This document shows, piece after piece, positions 18,596 to 28,645 of a DNA stretch of 64,000 bases. Position numbers and translations under genes: made by a program. Below the pieces are notes generated by a model that was given only the letters and a program-made list of their open reading frames with translations, had not been told where the DNA came from and ran no database searches. Within the stretch, counting starts at the first letter, position 1. Each line of letters opens with the position of its first letter. This DNA is from Clostridia bacterium (GTDB taxonomy: Bacteria > Bacillota > Clostridia > UMGS1883). The stretch lies in NCBI GenBank assembly GCA_045545055.1, contig JAZQAB010000070.1, positions 131-64,130 on the forward strand, written 5' to 3'.

Positions 18596-18701
18596 GTAAA
18601 GGTCGTTTTGCCAACAGCAGAAATTTTCTGTTGCTTGCAAAGCGACTTTTGTTGCCTGTACGCTCCTTCTGCTGTTGGTATAAACGGCAGAAAGGAAACG
18701 A

Positions 18702-19541
18702 ATGAACAGTTTTATGTCATGGGTAGGCGGCAAGAAGTCACTGCGTGATGCAGTGCTTGCAAGATTTCCTCCCTATTATGAACGATATATCGAAGTATTC
18801 GGCGGTGCAGGCTGGGTATTGTTCCATAAGCCGCCCGGCAACGACTTCGAGGTTTACAACGATTTTAACAGCAATCTGGTAAATCTGTACCGCTGTGTCA
18901 GAGATAACCCCAACAAGCTGAAATACAAGCTGAGATATGTCCTTGACTCCCGTCAGGACTTCGAATGGATTGCAAGCCTGCACAAGCGTGGGCTTTTCCC
19001 GAGATTTCGGGATTATGACAGAGCTGCGAAGTTTTATCAGCTTGTCAGATACAGCTATGCAAGCGGGCTTGACAGCTTCGGCAGTCAGCCACATTCTATC
19101 TGGTCGGACTTCCCTATGATAGATATGGCAGCTCGCAGATTGCAAAAGGTTGTGATTGAAAACAAAGACTTTGAAAAGCTCATAAGGCAGTATGACCGCC
19201 CTGTGAGCTTTTTTTATTGCGATCCGCCCTATTTTGCAACGGAGAACTATTACAAGGATGTAGGTTTCACGACGAAAGACCACATCAGACTGCGAGATAC
19301 CTTGCTCAGCATTTCGGGAAAGTTCCTTGTTTCCTACAATGATTGCCCCGAAATCCGTGAGCTGTGGGATAAACCCGGCATCTATATTGAGGAAATCAGC
19401 AGAATCAACAACCTTGCACAGCGATATGACGGCGGATGTCAGTATGCCGAGCTGTTAATTTCAAACTACGACACAAGTGAAAGAGCAAAGATGGCACGTC
19501 AGCTGTCTTTTTTTGATGAGAATGGAGGCTTGATAGAATGA
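18702..19541 (+). CDS. dam: DNA adenine (N6) methyltransferase, Dam/D12 class (orphan)
   Basis: N-terminal SWVGGKKSL. AdoMet motif EVFGGAGWV. Catalytic DPPY in FFYCDPPYFATENYY. Confidence 0.88.
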   Translation: MNSFMSWVGGKKSLRDAVLARFPPYYERYIEVFGGAGWVLFHKPPGNDFEVYNDFNSNLVNLYRCVRDNPNKLKYKLRYVLDSRQDFEWIASLHKRGLFPRFRDYDRAAKFYQLVRYSYASGLDSFGSQPHSIWSDFPMIDMAARRLQKVVIENKDFEKLIRQYDRPVSFFYCDPPYFATENYYKDVGFTTKDHIRLRDTLLSISGKFLVSYNDCPEIRELWDKPGIYIEEISRINNLAQRYDGGCQYAELLISNYDTSERAKMARQLSFFDENGGLIE

Positions 19542-19825
19542 ATGATACAAATATTGTGTACACCAAGGGCTTTGTCAATGACGATGGCTGCATTGAAATC
19601 CCCGGTGTGTTTCTTGAAGATGGTGCAGAGGTAGATCTCGCCATCAAAACAAAAGCAGGACGCTTTGAGATTGCGATGTTCCCGTCTGAGGATAATGAGG
19701 AATATCAGGAAATGCAGGACTGTGGTATTTCGGAGGAAGAAATCATGAGGGTGTGTTCCGCACACAATGACTGCTCTGAATGTCCGCTGAACGATTATTG
19801 TGGGGAGGAATTTGCTGATGAATAA
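19538..19825 (+). CDS. hypothetical acidic Cys-containing protein
   Basis: ATGA overlap with the dam stop. No family recognised. Confidence 0.5.
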   Translation: MNDTNIVYTKGFVNDDGCIEIPGVFLEDGAEVDLAIKTKAGRFEIAMFPSEDNEEYQEMQDCGISEEEIMRVCSAHNDCSECPLNDYCGEEFADE

Positions 19826-20081
19826 GATTTATCGCTTTCTCGGAAGAAATGGCAGAACTACAATTCCGATTCAGATTCGCCGTATGCTTAATATCGGCAG
19901 AGGCGACCTGATCGGATACAGCATTCAGGGCAATACCGTCGTTGTAACAAAGGAAAAGGTGTGCAACAACTGCAGAAAGGAACATGACTCTGTGCAGGAA
20001 ATGGCTGAACAGCTGACTCCGCAGGAACGCAGAGAAATGCTCTCCTATCTGATGAAGAAAGCAAGAAGGGAGAAATGCTGA
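19818..20081 (+). CDS. AbrB/MazE/SpoVT-fold DNA-binding protein
   Basis: ATG at 19818. GRNGRTTIPIQIRRMLNIGRGDLIGYSIQGNTVVVTKE fits the swapped-hairpin AbrB-type motif. Confidence 0.6.
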   Translation: MNKIYRFLGRNGRTTIPIQIRRMLNIGRGDLIGYSIQGNTVVVTKEKVCNNCRKEHDSVQEMAEQLTPQERREMLSYLMKKARREKC

Positions 20082-20800
20082 TGAAAATCCGAGTATTCCA
20101 GATTGATCACAAAAAGGACGAGAAGAACCTCGCCTTCCGTGATTACCGGACTGCCATTGCCAAGAACGGCAGAATCGATGAGTCCATCTATAAGCAGGTG
20201 TACGGCGGCGAAGTACCGTGCAGAACCCTTGAAGAAGTTTATGCCCTCTGCAATGGAGAGCATAAGCCTCTCGGATATATTGCAGAATCCATGTCGATCA
20301 GCAATGTGATTGAAGTCACCGATGATGTGAACCATTGCTGTTTTTATGTGGATTCTGTAGGCTTCCGCATGGTGGACTTTGACACATCAAAGGCTGACCA
20401 CAGTGATATGATGAGAATCCTCATTCTTGAAAACGAAAAAGTTCCATATGAAGCGGAAATCAGCCACGATATCCATGCAATGCAGAACGTGGTAGACGGT
20501 TCTATTGAGCCGATCTACTTCACACCCAAGGATGATGCTATCGTGTACTGCAACGACGAATTTCTCCTCCATGACTATGCACCAAACCGCTTTGTGGGAG
20601 AAATCCTTGTTCATGGCACGTTCTTTGTAGTCGGCAATACCAGAAACGACTATGGTGAATGGGAATCCTGTTCCCTTACTGAAGAACAGGTAGCGAAATA
20701 TATGCAGCAGTTCTGGGCATATCTCGTACCCATTGAGAAGCTCGAACAGCAGGAAGAAGAATGTGATGAGTCCGAGGATATCGGGCTTTCGCAGATATAA
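20075..20800 (+). CDS. YodL-like / DUF3846-like ICE protein
   Basis: N-terminal MKIRVFQIDHKKDEKNLAFRDY ... VYGGEV is YodL-like. The central MRILILENEKVPYEAEISHD ... VYCNDEF ... GTFFVVG is DUF3846-like. Both are from memory. Confidence 0.55.
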   Translation: MLMKIRVFQIDHKKDEKNLAFRDYRTAIAKNGRIDESIYKQVYGGEVPCRTLEEVYALCNGEHKPLGYIAESMSISNVIEVTDDVNHCCFYVDSVGFRMVDFDTSKADHSDMMRILILENEKVPYEAEISHDIHAMQNVVDGSIEPIYFTPKDDAIVYCNDEFLLHDYAPNRFVGEILVHGTFFVVGNTRNDYGEWESCSLTEEQVAKYMQQFWAYLVPIEKLEQQEEECDESEDIGLSQI

Positions 20801-20825
20801 CGAAAGAGAAAAGGAGTGAGGCCGA

Positions 20826-21188
20826 ATGAAAATCAGCGCAAGTATCAACAAGATGGTGGACAATCCCGATTCCGCAACCAAGGCGTATGCCAGTGTTACC
20901 CTTGACGGAATGTTCGCCGTACACGGTCTCAGAGTGATGGAGGGCGAAAAGGGCAGATTTGTCAATATGCCGTCCACTTCCTACAAGGACAGGGATGGCA
21001 ATACCCAGTACAATGACACCTTCCATGCCATTACCAAGTCCGCCCGTGAAGCTATTAATCAGGCTGTGCTGAACGCTTATGAATTCAAGCTTCAGCAGGT
21101 GCAGGCAACGGAGATTGATGTACAGCCTTCCGAGGATGATGAGTCCGAGGACATGGACGAGGAAGCTGAACCCGAAATGTCTATGTAA
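20826..21188 (+). CDS. SpoVG-family protein with acidic tail ending EMSM
   Basis: KAYASVTLDGMFAVHGLRVMEGEKGRFVNMPS ... FHAITKSAREAINQAVLNAY parallels the SpoVG core. Confidence 0.8.
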   Translation: MKISASINKMVDNPDSATKAYASVTLDGMFAVHGLRVMEGEKGRFVNMPSTSYKDRDGNTQYNDTFHAITKSAREAINQAVLNAYEFKLQQVQATEIDVQPSEDDESEDMDEEAEPEMSM

Positions 21189-21249
21189 TCTGCAAAAGAA
21201 AAGCTGTGTAACTTGGTACTAAGGTAGAAGTTTCGGAAAAAGACTGGAT

Positions 21250-21278
21250 TTGCAAAACTTCTTGTGATATGGTATAAT
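21250..21278 (+). promoter_or_regulatory. promoter of the surface/adhesin operon
   Basis: TTGCAA 21250-21255, N17, TGgTATAAT ending at 21278. Confidence 0.5.
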
Positions 21279-21304
21279 TAACCTAATACAAGGAGGACTT
21301 GCAT

Positions 21305-22195
21305 ATGAAAAAATCCTTACTGCTTCTGCTGTTGTGTGCAGGTATTCTGACCGGCTGTGGGAATGATAAATTGCCTGCAGAACCTACGGAAACCTCGACG
21401 GTTAGTCAGACAACTTCAGCCGTGCAGGCCGCAGAGCAAAGCACAACAACTACCACAACAAAAACCGAAGGGATACCCGAAGTCACTGAAACTTGTTCGG
21501 AAGTGATCTCATCGGTTACAACGGTCACAAAAACCAATACAGCGACGGAAGAAATTCCGAATGATACCGAAAGTACCACAACCACAGCTTCTGTGCAGGA
21601 GGAAGAAACGCCTGCTGTACAAAGTACAACCACCAATGCTGACGCTGATCCTATAGTGACCACCGGAATTACAACGACCACCAAGGCGATTGTGACAACC
21701 AAGGTAACTACGACAGCTAAGCTGACAACCACGACGAGAATTACTACTACAACGAAGCCAGCGACTACCACCAAGGTGACAACCACTGCTCCGATCCAAA
21801 CCACAACAACCACGACCACTACCGACGGCGATGAATACTATCGTGAAGTTGGAAGAAATCTGAGTCACGACGGTACGGATTACGGTAAGGCAAAGGCTGT
21901 ATATGACTGGATGCGAGCAAATGGTCATGGAACCTGTGTCAACTACTCCTACCAGACATATCTGGTCTGCGAAGGAATCGGACTGGACTGCTATTGCTGC
22001 TGGACGGATGCAGGAATCTATGGTCACACCGCAAATGTGGTAAAGGTCAATGGTGTGTGGTTTGTGCTGGATACGCAAGGCGGATATTTCCTGCGGTTTA
22101 ACTATGGATTCACCGAGATGGTGGATAAGTATGAGAACCATATTGCAGACGGCAGCATGATCAGCGATTACAGCTATGAAGAATTATACGGATAA
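21305..22195 (+). CDS. lipoprotein with Thr-rich linker and transglutaminase-like cysteine protease domain
   Basis: Lipobox LTGCGN. The C-terminal GHGTCVNYSYQTYLVCEGIGL ... GHTANVVKVNGVWFVLDT matches the Cys-His-Asp transglutaminase-core pattern. Confidence 0.7.
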   Translation: MKKSLLLLLLCAGILTGCGNDKLPAEPTETSTVSQTTSAVQAAEQSTTTTTTKTEGIPEVTETCSEVISSVTTVTKTNTATEEIPNDTESTTTTASVQEEETPAVQSTTTNADADPIVTTGITTTTKAIVTTKVTTTAKLTTTTRITTTTKPATTTKVTTTAPIQTTTTTTTTDGDEYYREVGRNLSHDGTDYGKAKAVYDWMRANGHGTCVNYSYQTYLVCEGIGLDCYCCWTDAGIYGHTANVVKVNGVWFVLDTQGGYFLRFNYGFTEMVDKYENHIADGSMISDYSYEELYG

Positions 22196-22257
22196 AGCGA
22201 AAGAGTCGAGAAATCGGCTCTTTTCTTTTACTCAAATAAAAAAGGAGTGATGCGTGA

Positions 22258-25200
22258 ATGTTCAAAAACAACAGAATCATCAAGAAGATCAGCGCAGGGT
22301 TTATGGCAGGACTCTGTGCTTTTTCTATGCTCGGAACGAATCTGAGCAGTACAATTCCTGCCAATGCCGCAAATGTTTCTACCACCGAAAATGCGGCATT
22401 TCCGTCCGCTAACAAGGTTATCGCTCAGGCGGCAACGCTGCTTGGCACACCGTATAACTTTGGTTTCAAGGGCTTTACAGGTGTCTACTATCAGGACAGT
22501 TACAAGGCTCTGGATCTGGATTTTGTCCGTAATCAGGGACTTGACTGTTCGGGACTTGTGTACTACACCCTTACCCACCTTGGCTACAAGACTTCCGGAT
22601 TCAGCTGGAATAATCCTGTTCCTGTTGATACGACGCATTGGCTTACAGTCAATGACAACTGTACCATCAGCTATGGCGGTGTAACATCCAAAATCGACGT
22701 GGAAAAGAAGAAAATCAGCACAGAAGAACGTCCCTATTGGGAATGTGCTGACGGATCGACTATTACTCCCGGTTCTGTTGTCGTAGCAGAAATGCCCGAC
22801 AGCATTGACCACGCATGGATCTATATGGGCGAATTTAATTCCAGAGCTGATGTGGTAACTTATCTTAAGAATATCGGTGTGGATGAATCACTCATTACAA
22901 GTGCAACGGTTGGTAGCGGCAGCGGTGACGGCGGCAGACATTGGCGTATCGAGTCCAATGGCTCTCAGGGTGTTGTGATCAACAACAATACGGACGGCAA
23001 GAAAGCATCTGTCATGAATATGTATGCTTACCGCATTACGCAGGCAGATGTGACCTTTGAGATTACAAAGGTTCTCAAGTCTGATAACAAGGTTGTTATC
23101 AACGGCACAAGCCCGATTGACGGAACAAAGGCGGTTTACGGTGTGTATACGGATAAGGCATGTACTGACAAGGTTGGCGAGATAACAATCGGTACGGACG
23201 GTGTCGGTTCTATCGAGCTTCCCAACCGCCAGTACTACGTCAAGGAAATCTCTGCTCCGACCGGATATAGCATTTCTGAAGAAGTATTCGCACTGAATGC
23301 CAATCAGAATGTGTTTGTAACGGAGGATATTACAAGTGGCAGCATTAAGATTAACAAGACTGCGGAAGATGGTATTCTTGCAGATCACGAATTCAAGCTG
23401 TCATGGGTGGAGGCTGGCAGAAACTGCGAAAAGACTGCTGTTACAGACAGTAATGGTGTTGCAGTGTTCAATGAACTGCCTGTGTATGATCTGATTGGAA
23501 AGAATGTTATTTCTTACACCATCAGCGAAATCAACGTCGAAACCCGTTACGAAACACCGAAGGCACAGAATGTTGTATTGACGGGTGGAAATGTGGATCT
23601 TACGGTTACAGCAAACTTCGTCAACGAGCTGAAAACAGGTTCTATCCGCATCAATAAACAGTCTGAGGACAATCAGAACGGCGACAGAACCTTTACAGTA
23701 ACCGGCAACGGTGAAACCTACACTATCACTACAGGTGCAGACGGTATCGCAATTCTTTCGTATATTCCTGTGTACAACAGCGAAAACGAAAAGATTGTAT
23801 ACACTATCTCCGAAAAGGATGTACCCATCCGCTATGTAGTGCCTGCTAATCAGACAGCAACACTCACAGCGGATGCAACTGTGGATGTGGAATTTGAAAA
23901 TGTCCTCAAGAAGTTCACAGTAGAAGTTGTGAAGAAGGACATCGAAAAAGGCACAGCACAGGGCGATGCAAGCCTTGCAGGTGCGGTTTACGGCATTTAC
24001 AACGGCGATGAACTCATCGACACTTACACCACAGACGAATACGGCAGCTTCACCACACACGAGTTTGAATGTGGCGATAGCTGGACAATCAAGGAACTTA
24101 CTCCCTCCGAGGGTTATCTCCTTGATTCTACTGTATATGAAGTAGGGGCAGCGGAAAAGAAATACACCATCGAAAACAACGCAATCGAAATGACAGTATA
24201 TGAAACACCTGTCAAGGGTAAGATCTCCATCATCAAGCACAGCGATGACGGCACAACAGGCATCGAAACTCCCGAAGTCGGTGCAGAGTTTGAGGTGTAT
24301 CTTAAGTCTGCTGGCAGTTATGCAGAAGCAAAGGAATCTGAAAGAGATTACCTTGTATGCGACGAAAACGGCTTTGCACAGACAAAAATGCTCCCTTATG
24401 GTGTGTATGTCGTACACCAGACAGTCGGCTGGGACAACACCGAATGGGTGGATGACTTCGAGGTCAATGTGTGTGAAAACGAAGAAGATTATTTCTATAT
24501 CATCAACGACGCAGTCCTCACATCCTATGTGAAGATTGTCAAGAAGGACGCTGAAACAGGCAATATCATTCCTGTGGCAGGTATCGGCTTCAAGGTGTGG
24601 AACTGTGATACCAAGAGTTATGTGGTACAGGAGATCAAGTATCCTGCTGTGACTGCACTCGACACATTCTATACTGACGAAACAGGTACACTTATGCTCC
24701 CGAATGAGCTTGTCTACGGCAATTACGAGCTTCACGAGGTACAGTCCGCAAACGGATATGTTCTCGACAGCAAGCCTGTACCGTTCACTATTGATGGTAC
24801 GGTGGATACTGTGACAGTCGAAAAGACAAACAAGCCTCAGAAGGGCAAAATCTCCGTACAGAAGTCCGGTGATGCATTCGCATCTGTAACGGTACTCGGC
24901 CCAGCAATTTGGGTAGATGAGTATGGTGTAACTCACACAGCAGGCTCAACCACCTATACTCCTGTATTCAAGGAAACAGGTCTTGCAGGTGCAGTATTTG
25001 AAATCACGGCTGCAGAGAATATTGTAACTGCTGACGGTACAATCCGTGCAAAGAAGGGTGACGTTGTTGCTACCCTTACAACCGATGATAACGGCTATGC
25101 AGAGAGTGATCTGCTCTATCTCGGCAAGTACGAGGTAAAGGAAATCAAGGCTCCTTACGGTTACGTTCAGAACGCTGTTTCCGAAACAGTTGAACTGACC

Positions 25201-26643
25201 TATGCAGGACAGGAAATCGAGGTGAGAGATACAGTGAATCAGGCATTTGTCAATGACTATCAGGAGGTAGAGATTACGCTCTCCAAGTTTATGGAGTACG
25301 ATGAGCAGTTTGCAATCGGAAACAACGGCGAGTATCTCTCTGTACGTTTTGGACTGTTTGCAGATGAAGTTATCACTGCAGCAGACGGCACATCCATTCC
25401 TGCTGACGGCATGATTGCAGAAGTATCTCTCAGTGAAGATATGACTGCAAAGTTCGATGCACAGCTTCCGTTTGGTCGCTACTATGTTCAGGAAATCGCA
25501 ACCGATGAACACTATATGCTTAACGGCGAGAAGTATCTCGTGAATTTTGAGTATATGGGACAGGAAATGACCACAGTCAATATCGACTGCGGTACTTTTG
25601 AAAACCACCTCAAGCGTGGTAATGCCAACGGCTACAAGGTGAACGAGGACGATGAACCCCTTGCCAATGCACTCTTCGGTCTTTTCGCTGTTGGTACAGA
25701 AACATTCAATGTGGATACAGCCATCAAGACTGCCATCTCCGATGAAACAGGCTATTTCGAGTTCACAGAAATCCCTTACGGTGAGTATGTGATCAGAGAA
25801 ATTGCAGCTCCCGACGGATATATTCTCTCGGATAAGCAGTATCCTGTAACAATCAATGAGGACGGCGATACCGTCGAAATCACCGCTGAAAACGAGGCGA
25901 TTACGGTAGAAATCAGCAAGCAGGACATCTACGGTTCAGAGCTTGCAGGTGCAGAGATGCAGCTTGTGGATGAGAACGGCGAAGTCATTGATGAATGGGT
26001 ATCCAATGGTACAAACCATGTCGTAACGGAACTTCCTGTGGGCAAGTACACGCTCAAGGAAACCGCAGCTCCTGACGGATATATCATCGCAACAAACATC
26101 AGCTTCGAAGTATTTGCAGACGGTTCTGTAATTGTTGAGAACGTGGATGCAACTGCAACTACCGAGGATGGACATCCTCTCATTGTAATGGTGGATGATA
26201 CAACCAAGGTGGAAATCAGCAAGCTGGACATCACCAATGATGAGGAACTTGTTGGTGCAACGCTTCAGATTATTGATGAAGATGGTGTCGTAGTGGAAGA
26301 ATGGGTGTCCTATGAGCATCCTCATTTTATTGAGGCACAGCTTATTGCAGGCAAGACCTATACGCTCAAGGAAACCATTGCTCCCGATGGTTATACTATC
26401 GCAAACTCCATTGATTTCACAGTCAATGAGGACGGCACAGTCAACACCGTTGTGATGTATGATGAGCCGATCCCCGATACTCCCGACACACCTACAGGCG
26501 ATACCACAAGCAGACTGCCCGGAATTTTGATGATTGCGGCAGGTCTTGTAATGGTTCTCATTGCAGGTATGGGCAGAAAGAAAAAGGACGATGCTGACGA
26601 ATATGCAGCACTCTGTCCCGACTTTATTGAAAGCGAGGAATAA
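22258..26643 (+). CDS. 1461-aa surface adhesin: NlpC/P60 domain plus many Cna-B/SpaA-type repeats and a C-terminal membrane anchor
   Basis: Signal peptide. NlpC/P60 Cys motif GLDCSGLVYY with downstream HAWIYMG. Repeated motif (A/T)P.GY...(Y/F).V. C-terminal hydrophobic segment plus RKKKDD tail. Confidence 0.85.
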   Translation: MFKNNRIIKKISAGFMAGLCAFSMLGTNLSSTIPANAANVSTTENAAFPSANKVIAQAATLLGTPYNFGFKGFTGVYYQDSYKALDLDFVRNQGLDCSGLVYYTLTHLGYKTSGFSWNNPVPVDTTHWLTVNDNCTISYGGVTSKIDVEKKKISTEERPYWECADGSTITPGSVVVAEMPDSIDHAWIYMGEFNSRADVVTYLKNIGVDESLITSATVGSGSGDGGRHWRIESNGSQGVVINNNTDGKKASVMNMYAYRITQADVTFEITKVLKSDNKVVINGTSPIDGTKAVYGVYTDKACTDKVGEITIGTDGVGSIELPNRQYYVKEISAPTGYSISEEVFALNANQNVFVTEDITSGSIKINKTAEDGILADHEFKLSWVEAGRNCEKTAVTDSNGVAVFNELPVYDLIGKNVISYTISEINVETRYETPKAQNVVLTGGNVDLTVTANFVNELKTGSIRINKQSEDNQNGDRTFTVTGNGETYTITTGADGIAILSYIPVYNSENEKIVYTISEKDVPIRYVVPANQTATLTADATVDVEFENVLKKFTVEVVKKDIEKGTAQGDASLAGAVYGIYNGDELIDTYTTDEYGSFTTHEFECGDSWTIKELTPSEGYLLDSTVYEVGAAEKKYTIENNAIEMTVYETPVKGKISIIKHSDDGTTGIETPEVGAEFEVYLKSAGSYAEAKESERDYLVCDENGFAQTKMLPYGVYVVHQTVGWDNTEWVDDFEVNVCENEEDYFYIINDAVLTSYVKIVKKDAETGNIIPVAGIGFKVWNCDTKSYVVQEIKYPAVTALDTFYTDETGTLMLPNELVYGNYELHEVQSANGYVLDSKPVPFTIDGTVDTVTVEKTNKPQKGKISVQKSGDAFASVTVLGPAIWVDEYGVTHTAGSTTYTPVFKETGLAGAVFEITAAENIVTADGTIRAKKGDVVATLTTDDNGYAESDLLYLGKYEVKEIKAPYGYVQNAVSETVELTYAGQEIEVRDTVNQAFVNDYQEVEITLSKFMEYDEQFAIGNNGEYLSVRFGLFADEVITAADGTSIPADGMIAEVSLSEDMTAKFDAQLPFGRYYVQEIATDEHYMLNGEKYLVNFEYMGQEMTTVNIDCGTFENHLKRGNANGYKVNEDDEPLANALFGLFAVGTETFNVDTAIKTAISDETGYFEFTEIPYGEYVIREIAAPDGYILSDKQYPVTINEDGDTVEITAENEAITVEISKQDIYGSELAGAEMQLVDENGEVIDEWVSNGTNHVVTELPVGKYTLKETAAPDGYIIATNISFEVFADGSVIVENVDATATTEDGHPLIVMVDDTTKVEISKLDITNDEELVGATLQIIDEDGVVVEEWVSYEHPHFIEAQLIAGKTYTLKETIAPDGYTIANSIDFTVNEDGTVNTVVMYDEPIPDTPDTPTGDTTSRLPGILMIAAGLVMVLIAGMGRKKKDDADEYAALCPDFIESEE

Positions 26644-26646
26644 CGC

Positions 26647-27513
26647 ATGAAAAAGAAAACCATTCGCATTCTGGCGGTTGCTGTGGCAGCCGCCCTCCTT
26701 TTTGGAGGTATATATCTGCTTACAAAGGACGATATTGCACAGAAAAAAGCTGAAGGAGATCTTGCACCCTTTATGCCGTCTGTAATTATGCAGGATGCTC
26801 TGGCATATGCACCGACAGAGTCTGTAACGACTACTACAGGTACAAGCACTTCTGAAACGACATCTGAGGAAGGCACAACAAGTTCCACAACATCGGAAAC
26901 TGTTCCAAGTGTGCAGGAAAATGTTCTGTCACCTGAAATTTGTGAAGAACTGAAAGAACAGGCACAGGAACTGCAGGAAACCTATCCCGATGCCATCGGC
27001 TGGATCTATATTCCCGATACAAGCATCAACTACCCGATTATGCAGGGAGAGGACAATGATTTCTATCTTACCCATGGTACGGACGGACACAGTCTGAAAT
27101 GCGGATGTATTGAACTGGATTTCCGCTGTGAAAACCGCTTTCAGAACAACTTCAACATCCTGTACGGCCACAACATGAAGAACGGCTCAATGTTCGCAAA
27201 CGTATGCAGATTCAAGGAAAGAAGCTATTATGACAGTCATCCCTACGGCTGGGTGTATACCTCCGATGCTGTGTACAGACTGGACTTTTTCTCTGTGGCT
27301 GTGACAGATTGGCATGATGAAATCTACAATGGTTTTCGCAGCCTTGACGAATGGACACCGCATCTGAAAGAGATTTCCCGAATCTATGAGGAAGTCGAGC
27401 TGACAGAACAGGACAGGCTTGTACTGCTTTCAACCTGTTCCTATGAATTTGACAATGCCAGAACTGTGCTGATAGGCAGGCTGGTGGAAATGGAGAGTGA
27501 TATGAATGCTTAA
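26647..27513 (+). CDS. srtB: class B sortase
   Basis: N-terminal TM. ILYGHNMKNGSMF His motif. LVLLSTCSY Cys motif. NARTVLIGR Arg. Confidence 0.85.
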   Translation: MKKKTIRILAVAVAAALLFGGIYLLTKDDIAQKKAEGDLAPFMPSVIMQDALAYAPTESVTTTTGTSTSETTSEEGTTSSTTSETVPSVQENVLSPEICEELKEQAQELQETYPDAIGWIYIPDTSINYPIMQGEDNDFYLTHGTDGHSLKCGCIELDFRCENRFQNNFNILYGHNMKNGSMFANVCRFKERSYYDSHPYGWVYTSDAVYRLDFFSVAVTDWHDEIYNGFRSLDEWTPHLKEISRIYEEVELTEQDRLVLLSTCSYEFDNARTVLIGRLVEMESDMNA

Positions 27514-27847
27514 AAAGACCAAAAAGAAAATTGCCGCAACCCTGGCAAGTGCCGTCGCATTCGCTAATATGTTGACGATGCAGGCATATGCGGCAGGCGA
27601 TGTTTCAGGAGCCATCCAGTCCACATGGAATGATGCAAAGTCCCAGATCAAGTCCATTGTGAACAACGTTGTGTTCCCCGTACTGGATGTCGTACTCGTA
27701 ATTCTGCTGTTCGTCAAGATTGGCACGCTCTATATGGAGTATCGCAAGCACGGACAGTTCGAGTGGACGCCGGTGGCAATCATCTTCGGATGTTTGCTGT
27801 TTACGCTGACAGCACCGCTGTATATCTGGAACGTCGTAAACATCTAA
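27506..27847 (+). CDS. Maff2-like small membrane protein (pilin/VirB2 position)
   Basis: Signal-like N-terminus and two TM segments. The position upstream of T4SS genes and the family name are from memory. Confidence 0.55.
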   Translation: MLKKTKKKIAATLASAVAFANMLTMQAYAAGDVSGAIQSTWNDAKSQIKSIVNNVVFPVLDVVLVILLFVKIGTLYMEYRKHGQFEWTPVAIIFGCLLFTLTAPLYIWNVVNI

Positions 27848-27851
27848 CCAC

Positions 27852-27905
27852 AAGCCCGGTTTCCGGGCTTTACATATTGAAGTTTAAAGGAATTTGTGGT
27901 ATAAT
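27852..27905 (+). promoter_or_regulatory. A-like junction: terminator hairpin plus promoter
   Basis: AAGCCCGG/CCGGGCTT hairpin at 27852-27871. TTGAAG 27877-27882, N17, TGgTATAAT ending at 27905. Confidence 0.55.
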
Positions 27906-27954
27906 GAATGAAGCGTTAATAGGCGTACAAATAAGAATTTATAGAGGTGACTAA

Positions 27955-28560
27955 ATGCTAGTTTTATGTTCAAATGGTTTATCAAGTGAAGAAATTTTGG
28001 CATATACAAGAGAAAAGGTAAAATATTGTAAAACGGCTGTATTAGTAGTTACAGCGGATAATGAATATAAGGAAAACAATTATCATGTAGCAAGATGTAT
28101 TTCTGAATTAGAATCATTAAATCTAAAAGTCGATATATTTGACTTGGATAAGCAACCTGCCGAGTTATTATTGGATTATGATGTAGTAGAATTTATTGGA
28201 GGGAATCCATATTACTTATTAAATTCTATCAGAGAACATAATGCAACAGAAGTGTTAAAGGATATTGCTAAAAATAAAGTATTGATTGGTTGGAGTGCGG
28301 CTGCATTCGTTTTTAGTCCTACACTTGAATTGGTAAATTGCTATTCTCCAGAAATGAATTTTTTGAGATTGACGGATTTAAGAGGTCTTTCATTAACACA
28401 AGTCCAAGTGTTGCCTCACTATAATAAATTTCTTTCAAAATTTGATAAGTTTGAAGAAAGATGTTGTGCATATGAAAAAGAGCATAGTGTTAATGTAATT
28501 CGTATAAATGATGGAGACGGAATTTTTATTGATTCGGAAGTTTATATTTGTAAAAATTAA
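27955..28560 (+). CDS. peptidase S51 (dipeptidase E)-like / class I glutamine amidotransferase-like protein
   Basis: FIGGGNPYYLL and the nucleophile-elbow-like LIGWSAAAF. Low-GC single-gene cassette. Confidence 0.55.
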   Translation: MLVLCSNGLSSEEILAYTREKVKYCKTAVLVVTADNEYKENNYHVARCISELESLNLKVDIFDLDKQPAELLLDYDVVEFIGGNPYYLLNSIREHNATEVLKDIAKNKVLIGWSAAAFVFSPTLELVNCYSPEMNFLRLTDLRGLSLTQVQVLPHYNKFLSKFDKFEERCCAYEKEHSVNVIRINDGDGIFIDSEVYICKN

Positions 28561-28645
28561 ATTCCAATTTGTCGAACTGAATATTATTACATAGTCGTCT
28601 GTGATTTCAAATCACAGACGGCTTTTTCTGTCCCCAAAGGAGGTG
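28559..28645 (+). repeat. B-type junction element copy 3
   Basis: AATTCCAATTTGTCGAACTGAATATTATTACAT, hairpin AGTCGTCTGTGAT/ATCACAGACGGCT (28593-28623), T-run, then AAAGGAGG 7 nt before the ATG at 28651. Confidence 0.8.

Noticed and set aside
23401-24936. 511-aa antisense ORF inside the adhesin gene (also 24946..25608 and 22888..23388).
   Set aside because: Cys/Phe/Ile-rich nonsense composition with no start context. It is fully nested in a gene with clear domain repeats. A long antisense frame is expected from the sense-strand codon bias.
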